A stretch of 64,000 nucleotides of DNA from Aureliella sp. (GCA_963691875.1 OY829846.1:2112001-2176000); one strand, 5' to 3'. Positions 32,165 to 42,494 are shown, counted from the stretch's first letter. The notes: generated by a model from the letters alone, not told the origin. Numbers and translations: made by a program.

Positions 32165-33808
32165 ATGCGTTTTCGTCTTTTCGATTCGCGAGCATTTGCC
32201 CTAGCGGCAATGATGCTCGTTGCCCCAACACTCGCCAGCATTGCCAAGGCGCAGGAGGTCGCAGTCGTTTCAATTGCGAATCTCGAACGTACGCTTGGCG
32301 ATGTCTCTTATCTACTTCGGGCGAGCAATATTCCCGAGATAGGTGGTCTCGTTAGCATCATGTCGATGCAGTACACCCAAGGTATCGACCAGAAGAGACC
32401 TATTGGGGCTACCGTCGAGATGGAAAATGGCATGCCCAACGCTGTTGTTTTCATGCCGATGACCGACACCGAACAGTTCTTTGGTGCGCTAGCAGGCATG
32501 GGCGTTGAGCCTGACGATCTGGGCGACGGACTTTACGAGATCGACGCTGGCGGACAGATCATTTATGCCAAAGACGCCAATGGCTGGATGTTCATGGGTC
32601 AGACCGAAGAGTCTGTTGCAGACACCCCTGCCAATCCCGCCGCTTTGCTTGGCAAGTTGCCAGAGACCTACGACTTGGCTGTAAAGCTCAACTTGGCGAA
32701 TCTCCCGCAAGAGATGAAGGATATGGCTTTGGAGCAGATCAAGTTTGGTTTCGAGCAAAGCATGGCGATGCAGCCGGGCCTGACTGAAGAGCAAATCGAA
32801 GCTAATCAAAAGGCTGGGGAAGCGTCCATCGAGCAAATGGAATCGGCTTTCAATGACACCGAGCAAATCATTCTTGGCTGGGCCATCTCGGAAGACGAGC
32901 AGCGTACCTTCATGGATGGCGGTTTCCGGTTCGTAGAAGGCTCACAGTTTGCCTCTCAAGCGAATGCGGCTGCTAATGTCACATCGGACTACACCAAGTT
33001 TGTTTTGCCTGGTGCTTCCGCTATGTTCCGAGCTTCTTCCGTCATCGACGAAGCAGACCGTGAGATGGCTGTCGCGAGTTTCAAGAACTCCTTCAACCAA
33101 GCTACCGCACAACTGGATCAGGCAGACATGCCACCTGAAGCGCGTGAGCTTGTCGACGAGTTACTAGATGGCATTACAAATCTGATACTTCAAACCATCG
33201 AGAACGGCGAATTTGATGGTGCTGGCAGTGTCAGTGTTGCTGAAGGTGCCTTGCAAGTTTTGGTCGGCGGCAAGATCGGCGACGGCGAAGCTTTGGCAAA
33301 GTTGGCCAAAGAGACTGTTGCAAAGCTTCCTCCTGGCTTGCCACTGGATTTCAATTTCGATTACGAAACCTACAAAGGCATCACGCTGCACAGTGTAAGT
33401 GGCCCACCGATCCCTGACCCGAATGCCGTAGCTGTTTTGGGTGAAAACCCAAAGATCATTATCGGAACTGGACCGAAGAGTTTCTTCATTAACTTGGATC
33501 CAAACGGCGATGCGACGGTCAAGAAGTTGATCGACGCGATGTCCGACAGCCAGGGCGTGAAGGTAACTCCTTTCGAAGGCTCCGTTGCCCTCGGTGCATT
33601 GATGGAGTTTGTTCATACGATCGAGCCCGACCCAACCCTCGGAGATCTGCTCCAAACGATTGGCGAGTACTCAGATAACGACAAGATCTCGATCTCCAGC
33701 CGCTTGATCAAGAACGGCTTCCTTTACCGATTCTCCATCGATGAAGGCATCCTACAAACAATCGGTTCCGCCGCGAAGTCCGGAGTAGGCATGGGTGGCG
33801 GATTCTAG
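32165..33808 (+). CDS. secreted acidic hypothetical protein
   Basis: 547-aa ORF, AGGAG RBS, signal peptide ending AKA, own terminator. Confidence 0.85.
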   Translation: MRFRLFDSRAFALAAMMLVAPTLASIAKAQEVAVVSIANLERTLGDVSYLLRASNIPEIGGLVSIMSMQYTQGIDQKRPIGATVEMENGMPNAVVFMPMTDTEQFFGALAGMGVEPDDLGDGLYEIDAGGQIIYAKDANGWMFMGQTEESVADTPANPAALLGKLPETYDLAVKLNLANLPQEMKDMALEQIKFGFEQSMAMQPGLTEEQIEANQKAGEASIEQMESAFNDTEQIILGWAISEDEQRTFMDGGFRFVEGSQFASQANAAANVTSDYTKFVLPGASAMFRASSVIDEADREMAVASFKNSFNQATAQLDQADMPPEARELVDELLDGITNLILQTIENGEFDGAGSVSVAEGALQVLVGGKIGDGEALAKLAKETVAKLPPGLPLDFNFDYETYKGITLHSVSGPPIPDPNAVAVLGENPKIIIGTGPKSFFINLDPNGDATVKKLIDAMSDSQGVKVTPFEGSVALGALMEFVHTIEPDPTLGDLLQTIGEYSDNDKISISSRLIKNGFLYRFSIDEGILQTIGSAAKSGVGMGGGF

Positions 33809-33845
33809 GAGCTATTCCTAGACTTGCCATTTGTCTGAAAAAACG

Positions 33846-33881
33846 AGAGCCGATCTTGGAGGTTTCAAGGTCGGCTTTTTT
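33846..33881 (+). terminator. intrinsic terminator
   Basis: AGCCGATCTTG-gaggttt-CAAGGTCGGCT followed by a T-run. Confidence 0.8.
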
Positions 33882-34054
33882 AACGCGCTGAAATGCCATA
33901 TAACCCGGCTGAAGTCATCAAGAATTTCGGCTGGCTCCAAAGCGAAAAGCTCATTTTCGCAGCCGGGCTTCCAGTAAATCGAGTTTTGCTAGCAAGTGTT
34001 CTTACACAATTTTTTGACATTCACTCCAACGCGGCGATTCGGCAGAATCCACAC

Positions 34055-34801
34055 ATGGCTCGTATCATTTGTGTGGCAAATCAGAAAGGCGGCGTGGGTA
34101 AGACTACGACTGCCGTCAATCTCGCGGTAGCGATGGCGACTGCAGGTGAGCGTACATTGTTGATCGACCTCGATCCGCAATGCAACGCGACAAGCGGTTT
34201 GGGACTGGAGCCCTCCGAAAAACATCCGCTTCTACTAGAGAAACCGCTGCGAGAGAGTTTGCATCAGACGCGGTGGGAGAATCTTCGCCTGCTGCCTGGC
34301 AGCCGAAGTTTTATTGATGTGGATCGCCTGGAACGCAGCGATCAAAGTGAATCCACCTTGCTGAAGCAGCATTTGGATGCGGGAATGGCCTCCTTCGACT
34401 ACGTGCTGATTGATTGCCCTCCTTCGCTTGGACAGCTGACGCAAGCGGCTCTGAGTGCTAGCACTGAAGTGCTCATGCCCATTCAATGCGAGTACTACGC
34501 GATGGAAGGGCTGACTCAGATGATTCACGTCATCCGGGATGTGATGCAGCAAGGAGCTGGAAGATTGACCTTTGGCGGAATCCTCCTGACTATGTATGAT
34601 CCCAGCTTGGAGTTGACCCACGAAGTCGATCACGAAGTGCGCGATTTTTTTGGAGACATCGTATTTGATACGGTGATTCCGCGTGACGTGGCCGTCTCGG
34701 AAGCGCCCAGCCATGGTGTAAGCGTAATGGATTACGCACCGCGATCACGTGGCTGTCGGGCGTACGTAGAATTGTGCATGGAGGTACTGGAACGTGACTA
34801 A
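34055..34801 (+). CDS. parA: ParA/Soj family ATPase
   Basis: NQKGGVGKTTT, DLDPQCNAT, IDCPPSLG, PIQCEYYAMEGL, IPRDVAVSEAPSHG. Confidence 0.93.
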   Translation: MARIICVANQKGGVGKTTTAVNLAVAMATAGERTLLIDLDPQCNATSGLGLEPSEKHPLLLEKPLRESLHQTRWENLRLLPGSRSFIDVDRLERSDQSESTLLKQHLDAGMASFDYVLIDCPPSLGQLTQAALSASTEVLMPIQCEYYAMEGLTQMIHVIRDVMQQGAGRLTFGGILLTMYDPSLELTHEVDHEVRDFFGDIVFDTVIPRDVAVSEAPSHGVSVMDYAPRSRGCRAYVELCMEVLERD

Positions 34802-35861
34802 GGACCGACGTCTCGGCAAGGGATTGGCCGCTCTCCTGGGAACACCTTTGGAAGAAGAGAGTGTGGGAACAACAAGTCCCGTGTCTCCTGAATCAGTTGC
34901 GAAGGAAAGTGCTTCCTCAGTGGCACCCACCGATCCCGCAACAAAGGCAACTTCCAAATCAGCAGGTAAAAAGCGTCCTGCGTCCAAGACGGTCGCCAAG
35001 GAAGTGACCGGCGCTGTGCCGTTGCGAGAGTTTGACAAGCCACAGGGCGGGGCATTAGAACTCAGCGTTTACGAGATTGACAACAATCCGTTTCAGCCGC
35101 GACGCAAGTTCAACGAAGAAGAAATCAATTCGCTTGCGGAAAGTATCCGCGAGCACCAACAGTTGCAACCAATTCTGGTGCGACGTGTTGGCGAGCGTTA
35201 CCAGCTGATTAGTGGTGAACGTCGACTGCGAGCCACCATTCACGCTGGCTTGACTACCATTCGCGCGGAGATTCGCGAGGCCGACGATCGACTGGTGGCC
35301 GAACTGGCAATAGTCGAAAACTTGCAGCGAAAAGATCTGGACGCGATCGAAAAAGCGCTTTCATTCCGGCGTTACATCGACGAGCACAAGTGCAAACAAG
35401 ATGACTTGGCGAAGCGACTCAAGATCGACCGTAGCACAATTGCAAACTTGATGCGTTTGCTGGAGTTGCCCGAAGAAATTCAGCTTGGCGTTCAAGGCGA
35501 GAAGTTAACAGCGGGGCACGCACGAGCTCTGTTGCCGTTGGGCGAAGAGGATCTGCAAATAGATTTCTCCAAGCAAATCGTCCAAGAAGGCTGGAGCGTC
35601 CGCGAAACGGAACGCCGCGTGACAGAGTATCTTGAAGCCGAAGATGGCGGACAATCGGTCGGCAATAAGAAATCACGTACCCGACCATCGCCACAGATCG
35701 CTTCGCTCGAGCAACAACTTAGACTATCACTCGGTACTAAGACTGAGATTAAGCAGAGTGCCAGTGGCAGAGGCAAGATCAGTATCAGCTTTGCCAATCC
35801 TGATGAATTTGAAAGAATCTACGCCTTGATCTGCCCAGCCAAAGAAGGTCGTGCGGCGTAG
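34794..35861 (+). CDS. parB: ParB/Spo0J partition protein
   Basis: RRLGKGLAALL, NPFQPR, GERRLRA, IVENLQRKDL, RSTIANLMRLL, GHARALL. Confidence 0.95.
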   Translation: MTKDRRLGKGLAALLGTPLEEESVGTTSPVSPESVAKESASSVAPTDPATKATSKSAGKKRPASKTVAKEVTGAVPLREFDKPQGGALELSVYEIDNNPFQPRRKFNEEEINSLAESIREHQQLQPILVRRVGERYQLISGERRLRATIHAGLTTIRAEIREADDRLVAELAIVENLQRKDLDAIEKALSFRRYIDEHKCKQDDLAKRLKIDRSTIANLMRLLELPEEIQLGVQGEKLTAGHARALLPLGEEDLQIDFSKQIVQEGWSVRETERRVTEYLEAEDGGQSVGNKKSRTRPSPQIASLEQQLRLSLGTKTEIKQSASGRGKISISFANPDEFERIYALICPAKEGRAA

Positions 35862-35875
35862 TCGTTTGCCTGTTG

Positions 35876-35922
35876 AAAAGCCGAACGGATCTGGCAAGAG
35901 CAGCCGTTCCTAGGTTTTTTAT
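35876..35922 (+). terminator. probable terminator after parB
   Basis: GAACGG...CCGTTC stem followed by a T-run. Confidence 0.5.
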
Positions 35923-36036
35923 AACGCGTTCCCGCTACCGTTTTGACGACTTCCTTTGCCTTGAAATCCACATTTCACTTGGAGCCTCATCATCGCAGAC
36001 TGTGCATCGGCCAAGCTGCAGTGTAGGTGGCCTCCT

Positions 36037-37632
36037 ATGATTCATCCGAATGCGACAGGGGTTCTCGTAGTCGTTGTCGCATGCGTTGGATTCGCGACGA
36101 ATGCGTTTGCCCAGCCAGCGAGCATCTCTACTCTCCCCCCCGTCCTGCAAGGCGGATACGGTGGCGGCTACCAGCTGCCAAGCGCCCCGTTTCCGGCACA
36201 ACCACTGTTGCTTCCCGGTGCTCAGACTGGACCAGCTACCTCACTAGGCTTATCCTCCCCGGGCTTCCTGCCCCTCGGAACCCCTGCTCCGCTACTCGGC
36301 CAGCCAGCCACTGGGGCCATTCCGGGCTCAACTGCCGTAAATCCGAATCCCGTGCCGACGGCTCCCAATCCTGCAGTGGTTGCACCTCAGACTTTGCCTC
36401 GTACCGCTGCTCCTGCGATACCTCAGGGCGTGTACCCTCATGCTCTTGCGCCAACAGCAATGAGTCCTTGGGTTCTGCCAGGGGCGCAACCAAGTCAATT
36501 ACCGCCGGGAGCAGGCGCCAACTTACTTTCCCCCGTACCCAATCGCCCTCAAGTCAATCGTCCTAACGAAGTCATCGCACCGCTGGACATCTACCTAACT
36601 GAAGGGCGCACCGGGAGAGCGATTATCGGTGGTACGGTGAACAGCGATCTTGGTGTAGCGGGAAAAATCATTCTAGAGGAGCGTGATTTCAGCTTCTCCG
36701 AACTTGGACTTGGCTCCGGCTTCCTGCGTGGCGATGGGCAGCACCTTCGCGTGGAAATCATGCCTGGCAACGAGCTGCAGCGTTATGCAGTGAGCTGGAC
36801 ACAGCCGAACCTGCGGGGCTACCTGCCATACAGTCTATCCATCGGTGGATTCTATTACACGCGTGAACTCCGCGATTGGAGCGAGCAGCGAGCTGGCGGA
36901 CGCGTCAGTTTGGGCTTTAGCGACCAACGCGGTTTCTCACTGAGTTCCGAACTCCGTATGGAAGACGTCAAACTCTTCCAGCCTCGAAATATGGGCATTC
37001 CGGAATTAGACGCGGCACTTGGCAGCAACGACATGTACCGAGCAAGATTTCGCATCGCCCGCGACACGCGTGACAGCCCTTTTCTGAGTAGTGATGGTGG
37101 GCTCCTAGAACTGATCTTTGATCAGGCCTTTGGCGAACATGACTTTTCGCGTGGCTTAATCAATTGGTCTCGCTACTGGACCCTGTATCAACCCCTGGAC
37201 CCCACCTCCGGTGCACGAACACTGAATCATTCTTTGCGTGTTGGATTCACGGGATCACAGACGCCTATCTTCGAGAATTTCTACGCTGGTGGGTTTAGCA
37301 CCTTGCGAGGATTCAAGTTTCGAGGTGCAAGTCCGCGAGTTAGTGACATAGAAGTGGGTGGCGAATTCAGCTTCTTGGGCAGCTTGGAGTATGGTCTACC
37401 GATCACTGCCGACAACATGTTGCGTGGCGTCGCCTTCGTGGATTATGGGACGGTTGAACCTGACATTCAGCTGAATACGGAAGATTTCCGAGTTTCTCTC
37501 GGACTCGGACTGCGACTGTTTGTGCCGGCTCTCGGCCCAGCTCCTTTTGCCTTTGATTTTGCGTATCCTGTCACGTCGTCTCCAACTGACGAACGGCAGA
37601 TCTTCAACTTCTTCGTCGGCGCAACACGATAA
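36037..37632 (+). CDS. Omp85 (BamA/TamA) family outer-membrane protein with Pro-rich N-terminus
   Basis: Signal peptide; DTRDS, FYAGGFSTLRGFKFRG, FVDYGTV, LGPAPFAFDFAYP; ~160-aa Pro/Gly/Ala-rich linker. Confidence 0.88.
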   Translation: MIHPNATGVLVVVVACVGFATNAFAQPASISTLPPVLQGGYGGGYQLPSAPFPAQPLLLPGAQTGPATSLGLSSPGFLPLGTPAPLLGQPATGAIPGSTAVNPNPVPTAPNPAVVAPQTLPRTAAPAIPQGVYPHALAPTAMSPWVLPGAQPSQLPPGAGANLLSPVPNRPQVNRPNEVIAPLDIYLTEGRTGRAIIGGTVNSDLGVAGKIILEERDFSFSELGLGSGFLRGDGQHLRVEIMPGNELQRYAVSWTQPNLRGYLPYSLSIGGFYYTRELRDWSEQRAGGRVSLGFSDQRGFSLSSELRMEDVKLFQPRNMGIPELDAALGSNDMYRARFRIARDTRDSPFLSSDGGLLELIFDQAFGEHDFSRGLINWSRYWTLYQPLDPTSGARTLNHSLRVGFTGSQTPIFENFYAGGFSTLRGFKFRGASPRVSDIEVGGEFSFLGSLEYGLPITADNMLRGVAFVDYGTVEPDIQLNTEDFRVSLGLGLRLFVPALGPAPFAFDFAYPVTSSPTDERQIFNFFVGATR

Positions 37633-37833
37633 ATCAGGGACGCAAAGCGGGCTGAAAATTGCTGGAGCCAGGCTTCAGCCGCTCGATCTTTGAAGTTCCA
37701 CCGTAGGTTTCATGCCCAGGCGCGCACGGCAGCTCGCCTCTTGCTTGTTGCAAATGCACTCGCTCGCGTAACGTGCATGTATTTATTCTCGTTATCGCTC
37801 GGTACTTGGTGGGCAGTTCAAGGCCTGGACGTT

Positions 37834-38730
37834 TTACGACCAGTAGTGCTCGACCGACTGTCGCAAGAACGCGAGTGACTCGGCCATCTCTTCCATGCCA
37901 TTCATCCCGTCCTCAATCGAGATCCAGCCCGAGTAGTCCTGCTCCCGGAGGATGCCGAAAATCGTAGCGTAGTCATTGAGTCCTTTTCCGGTGACTCCAT
38001 GCTGCAGAATCTCCGCGTAGCCGACACTGTCTTCGACCGCTCGCAGGTCATCGAGCGTCGCACCTTCCACCAGGAACCGATCACTGGCATGCATGCTAAC
38101 GACTCTCGGTGCAACCTCTCGTAGCAATTCCACTGGATCGTCACCCGCTACCACCGCATTGCTAGGATCATACTGGACACCAAAGTAGTCCGATTCGGGA
38201 ATCAGCTTGAGCAGGTCCAGAAAGACGTCCATCTTTTGGGCGAACTCGGGATAACGCCAGTAGCCATCTTTGTAGTGATTCTCAATACCAAGGATGACTC
38301 CAAGTTCCTCAGCCAGCAACAAGCAAGCCTGGATGCCTTCGCTGGCGAGTTCGAGACCTTGTTGCCGAGAAACCTCTGGATAGCGCTGCCCGCTCAGAAC
38401 ACGGCAGACCACTCCTTCGCCGCCAAGCAGTCTTGCGACGCGGATCATTTCTTGCTGGTAAGCGATTGCTTTCGCACGTTTGTCTGCGTCGGGGGAAGTG
38501 AAGTCGGGCGAGCAACAGAGCATGGGCATCTCAAATCCCGCTTCACGAATCGCCGATCCCACTTCTCGTAGGTAGGGTTCCTCGAGATTCAAGAAAAATC
38601 CCTCGTACATCTCGAGGCCATCGGCATCGAGTGATTTTGCCATCTCGATCCATTCGAAAACCGTCATGGATCGATCGTGTGAAATCGTATCCAAGTAGCA
38701 TTTAGGGAAGGCACTGATTTTGGGCTTCAT
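37834..38730 (-). CDS. sugar phosphate isomerase/epimerase (TIM barrel)
   Basis: IENH, YDPSN, MHASD, ISIED metal-ligand pattern; start placed at ATG 38730. Confidence 0.9.
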   Translation of the reverse strand: MKPKISAFPKCYLDTISHDRSMTVFEWIEMAKSLDADGLEMYEGFFLNLEEPYLREVGSAIREAGFEMPMLCCSPDFTSPDADKRAKAIAYQQEMIRVARLLGGEGVVCRVLSGQRYPEVSRQQGLELASEGIQACLLLAEELGVILGIENHYKDGYWRYPEFAQKMDVFLDLLKLIPESDYFGVQYDPSNAVVAGDDPVELLREVAPRVVSMHASDRFLVEGATLDDLRAVEDSVGYAEILQHGVTGKGLNDYATIFGILREQDYSGWISIEDGMNGMEEMAESLAFLRQSVEHYWS

Positions 38731-38744
38731 CTTTTGACCGTTTG

Positions 38745-39083
38745 CTATGGATTCGATTTCAGCATCAACTCGACTGCTTCGCACCCCGTCATCCCAACTT
38801 CGATTCCCAACTCTTTGGCTTGCGGTGTCATTCCGACGATCGATGCATCGAGAAGGTCTTCCGGGACGCAAAGTGGTTTTTCAGGTGTTCCCTTTGCAAT
38901 CGCAATCGCCTGCCCAAACTCAGCTGGGGTTTTAAGGTCGTAGATTCCACAGCCAACGATCCCTGCTTTGGTGAGGATCGAAGTGTACTGCCCGCCACAC
39001 CAACGCTGGGCAGTTCCCAACGCCATACCGTTCTCGAACTGCATTGGCTGGCTTTTGGACTGAGGCAATTCTTCTGAGGTCAT
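38745..39083 (-). CDS. YunC family (DUF1805) protein
   Basis: GIVGCGIYD...AKG...EDLLDASIVGMTPQAKELGIEVGMTG. Confidence 0.85.
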   Translation of the reverse strand: MTSEELPQSKSQPMQFENGMALGTAQRWCGGQYTSILTKAGIVGCGIYDLKTPAEFGQAIAIAKGTPEKPLCVPEDLLDASIVGMTPQAKELGIEVGMTGCEAVELMLKSNP

Positions 39084-39166
39084 TTGCGGCTCCGGTGAGG
39101 TGCAAGTCATCAGTGTAAAACAAGGGCGATAAAGTTTGCAGATGGGACAAGCAGGTTAGGTGGGGA

Positions 39167-40795
39167 CTATCCACAATCTGAAAACATTTCACGAAGCTTA
39201 ACCTTGCTGACTTTTCCACTTCCAGTCAAAGGCAGTTCGGAAAGACACTCAACGCGATTTGGCATCCACCATTTTGGCGCCTTCCCCGCCAAGAACTCGA
39301 TCACAGCCTCACGAGACAACTTATCTTTCGTTTGAAGAATCATCAGTGGCCGTTCACCCCACTTTTCGTCGACGACTGCGATGACCGCAGCGAGTTCGAC
39401 CTGTGGATGTTCCAAGATCCAGCCTTCGAGCTGCGTCGAGCTGATCCATTCGCCACCGGACTTGACCAAGTCTTTCACCCGATCAACGACTTGCAGGTAG
39501 CCATGCGAGTCAATGTTGGCCAGATCGCCCGTATCAAACCAGCCGTCAGCCTCCAAGCAATCCTCGGATTCACCAAAGTAGCGATCGACAATCCAAGGTC
39601 CTCTGACCAACAAGCGCCCGCAGCTCTCGCCATCGTGGGGCAACTCCTCGTCGAGCTCATCCACAATCTTCATTTCAACGCCAAACAGCGGCAGCCCTTG
39701 TTTCACAAGTTGACCTAACTGTTCGCTGCGTGGCCAGGATTGCATGTAGCTCTTCAGTCGGCAGATTGTTCCAACGGGACTCATCTCGGTCATGCCCCAA
39801 CCATGAATGACATCGATGCCCAACTTGTCGAACCCTTCAATAGCCTGTCTTGTTGGCGGCGCACCTCCCATATTAATTTCATCTAGACAGGGTAGCTCAA
39901 CGCCTTTAGCTGTCATGTGCTCGAGCAGTCCGTCCCAGACGGATGGAACGCCGGCGGTGAAGGTGACACTCTCGTCTGCAAGTATCTGATAAAGGCCTTC
40001 ACCATCCAGCTGATTGCCAGGCAAAACCAACTTGGCACCAGCCATAGGACAGGAGTAGGCAAGGCCCCAACTGTTGGCGTGGAACATTGGAACAACCATC
40101 AGCACCGAGTCATCACACCCGATCCCCAGTGCTCCTTTGGCCATCGTGGCTCGCGCGTGCAACATGTTCGAGCCGTGTGTGTAGAGAATTCCCTTGGGCT
40201 GGCCAGTGGTCCCGGAGGTGTAGCAAAGCGATGAGGGTGTATCGAAGTCCAGGTCGGGCCATGGAAACTCTCCGAATGGATCTAACTCTGTAGCTGCTTC
40301 GGATAGTAGACTTTCACAGCAGAGTAGCTCAGCAAATTTGGATTCCGGCAAGTGCGGGGCGTCGCATAGCACGATTACTTTCTCGAGTGCTGACTTCTCT
40401 GACTTGAGAAGTGGCAGAAGGACAGACTCGAACTGCTCCCAGAGTGGTGGATCTATCAGCAGAAATCTACTTCCGGCGTGCTGCAGAATGTAATTCAATT
40501 GATCCTCGAGCAGCCGCAAATTGACGGTATGGCAAACAGCCCCCATTCCGGAAATTGCGTACCATGCTTCCCAATGCCGGTGCGTGTTCCAGGCCATACT
40601 TGCGACTCGTTCCCCTGAGACGATGCCTAGCTCTCGCAGTGCAAAAGCGAGCTGATTGACACGCGGCCACGCATCTCTGTAGCGGTAGCGATGAGTCGCC
40701 GCGGATACGACCGATTTCGAAACCACTTCGACTTCGCCATGAAAGGTAGCAGCAAATCGAATTGCGTTGATGAGGTTGTGGCTTGGTTGCTGCAT
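39167..40795 (-). CDS. medium/long-chain acyl-CoA ligase (AlkK/DmdB-like)
   Basis: CYTSGTTGQPKG, VVPMFHANSWG, GWGMTEMSP, WFDTGD, DRVKDLVKSGGEWISS, KWGERP. Confidence 0.92.
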   Translation of the reverse strand: MQQPSHNLINAIRFAATFHGEVEVVSKSVVSAATHRYRYRDAWPRVNQLAFALRELGIVSGERVASMAWNTHRHWEAWYAISGMGAVCHTVNLRLLEDQLNYILQHAGSRFLLIDPPLWEQFESVLLPLLKSEKSALEKVIVLCDAPHLPESKFAELLCCESLLSEAATELDPFGEFPWPDLDFDTPSSLCYTSGTTGQPKGILYTHGSNMLHARATMAKGALGIGCDDSVLMVVPMFHANSWGLAYSCPMAGAKLVLPGNQLDGEGLYQILADESVTFTAGVPSVWDGLLEHMTAKGVELPCLDEINMGGAPPTRQAIEGFDKLGIDVIHGWGMTEMSPVGTICRLKSYMQSWPRSEQLGQLVKQGLPLFGVEMKIVDELDEELPHDGESCGRLLVRGPWIVDRYFGESEDCLEADGWFDTGDLANIDSHGYLQVVDRVKDLVKSGGEWISSTQLEGWILEHPQVELAAVIAVVDEKWGERPLMILQTKDKLSREAVIEFLAGKAPKWWMPNRVECLSELPLTGSGKVSKVKLREMFSDCG

Positions 40796-40996
40796 GGGGA
40801 ATGGAACTGAGACTGGCTATTCGGGTAGTTGCAGAAATGTTAAACCTGACAGTCTCGTCTGACTATGCCGCTGCTGGCGCCCCAGGTCCGTGAATTCACA
40901 ATGCAAAAGCTTCAAAGTAGGCTGTGATTCAGCTAGAATCTGTCCTGCCCGGACTCCGGGCTTCTCTGACTATCCCCTACTGATTTTTGAGCCACC

Positions 40997-42430
40997 ATGG
41001 AAAACCAAGACGAGAAATCCTCTTCTGCCCTCATTGTTCGCCTGGCCGTCATGATGTTTCTCCAGTTTTTTGTCTGGGGAGCATGGTATGTGGGTATGTA
41101 CGGGTTCCTGCAAGCAAACGGAATGACAGAGAACCCGGAGGGCTATTCGTTCGATGCAGCCGCCTACACCGTTGCACCGATTGCAGCGATTCTTGCCCCC
41201 CTGACGTTGGGGTTAATTGTGGATCGGCTCATGAACACCGAATGGGTGCTCGCGATATTGGGACTTATCGGAGCAGTTTTACTATGGTATGCACCGACGC
41301 TCGCGGAAGGAGGTGCACCAGAAAGCTATCTGTCTCAGTTCGCGCACCCGATGGTTTTGTGCCTTCTGCTTTACATGATTTGCTTTATGCCAACGCTTGG
41401 ACTGACGGCAAGTTTGTCCTTCAAGCACCTGGCCAATGGAGAGAAAGAGTTTCCTGTTGTTAGGGTTGCAGGAACAATTGGCTGGATTGTTGGCAACTGG
41501 GCTATGTGGCTCGTTCGTGCCTTTAATGGAGAAGGTGCAAAGATTTCTGAAGCGCAGGCGAAGCTCGCAACGGCAACTGAGGGAGGAGATGCTGGCGCTA
41601 TCGAGAACGCTCAGGCAGCTATCGATAAGTTGATGGAGACCATCCAGTATGCGGACAACTCCTCACACATCTTTCATGCTGCGGCCATAGCTTCTGCCAT
41701 TCTCGGTCTTTATTGCCTGAGCTTGCCGCGCACAACACCACCAGCTAAGGGTGAGCCTATTTCATTCGGGAAGATTCTTGGCATCGATGCCTGGGCGATG
41801 CTGAAAGATAAGGCTTTCTTCGTTTTTGCTGTAGCTTCCTTTTTGATCTGCATTCCTCTCGCCGGATACTACGCCAAGGGTGCGGGCTTTGTAGGAGATA
41901 TGGGTGTGACTCTATTTGGCTCTACAACGGGTGCGATGAGTACGGGACAAATGAGTGAGATTTTCTTTATGCTGGTTATGCCGCTCTGCTTCGCTCGCTT
42001 CGGCGTCAAGTGGATGTTGATCATCGGGATGGCAGCATGGGTTATTCGCTATGCACTCTGGGGCTTAGCTTTCGGAATGGAGTCTCCGATGATGACCTGG
42101 CCAATTTTCGCTGGCATCCTACTTCACGGCATTTGCTATGACTTCTTCTTCGTGACGGGTATGGTTTATACGGACAAGAAAGCAAACCCAGAAATCCGGA
42201 GTCAAGCACAGTCGCTTGTTGTTATGCTCACCCAAGGACTTGGGCTAGGGATTGGAGCTCAAGCGTTCGGCTGGTGGACCAATCAGTGCAAAGATGGAGA
42301 AGCGGGTTTGGACTATTCCATGTTCTGGTACGCTCCAGCTGGTTTTGCGGCTCTAGTCATGGTGCTCTTCGCCTTCACTTTCTGGGATCGGTCAGTAGAC
42401 GACGACAGTGGGCCGGATTCGAACACTTAG
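40997..42430 (+). CDS. MFS nucleoside:H+ symporter (NupG family)
   Basis: MMFLQFFVWGAWY, RVAGTIGWIVG, GQMSEIFFM, LHGICYDFFFVTGMVY. Confidence 0.92.
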   Translation: MENQDEKSSSALIVRLAVMMFLQFFVWGAWYVGMYGFLQANGMTENPEGYSFDAAAYTVAPIAAILAPLTLGLIVDRLMNTEWVLAILGLIGAVLLWYAPTLAEGGAPESYLSQFAHPMVLCLLLYMICFMPTLGLTASLSFKHLANGEKEFPVVRVAGTIGWIVGNWAMWLVRAFNGEGAKISEAQAKLATATEGGDAGAIENAQAAIDKLMETIQYADNSSHIFHAAAIASAILGLYCLSLPRTTPPAKGEPISFGKILGIDAWAMLKDKAFFVFAVASFLICIPLAGYYAKGAGFVGDMGVTLFGSTTGAMSTGQMSEIFFMLVMPLCFARFGVKWMLIIGMAAWVIRYALWGLAFGMESPMMTWPIFAGILLHGICYDFFFVTGMVYTDKKANPEIRSQAQSLVVMLTQGLGLGIGAQAFGWWTNQCKDGEAGLDYSMFWYAPAGFAALVMVLFAFTFWDRSVDDDSGPDSNT

Positions 42431-42462
42431 TCTGTCCACCGATGACTTCACAGCCAAACACG

Positions 42463-42494
42463 AAAAGAGCCCGAGCAATTGCTCGGGCTCTTTT
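42463..42494. terminator. bidirectional terminator (perfect 32-bp palindrome)
   Basis: AAAAGAGCCCGAGCAATTGCTCGGGCTCTTTT between convergent genes. Confidence 0.9.
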
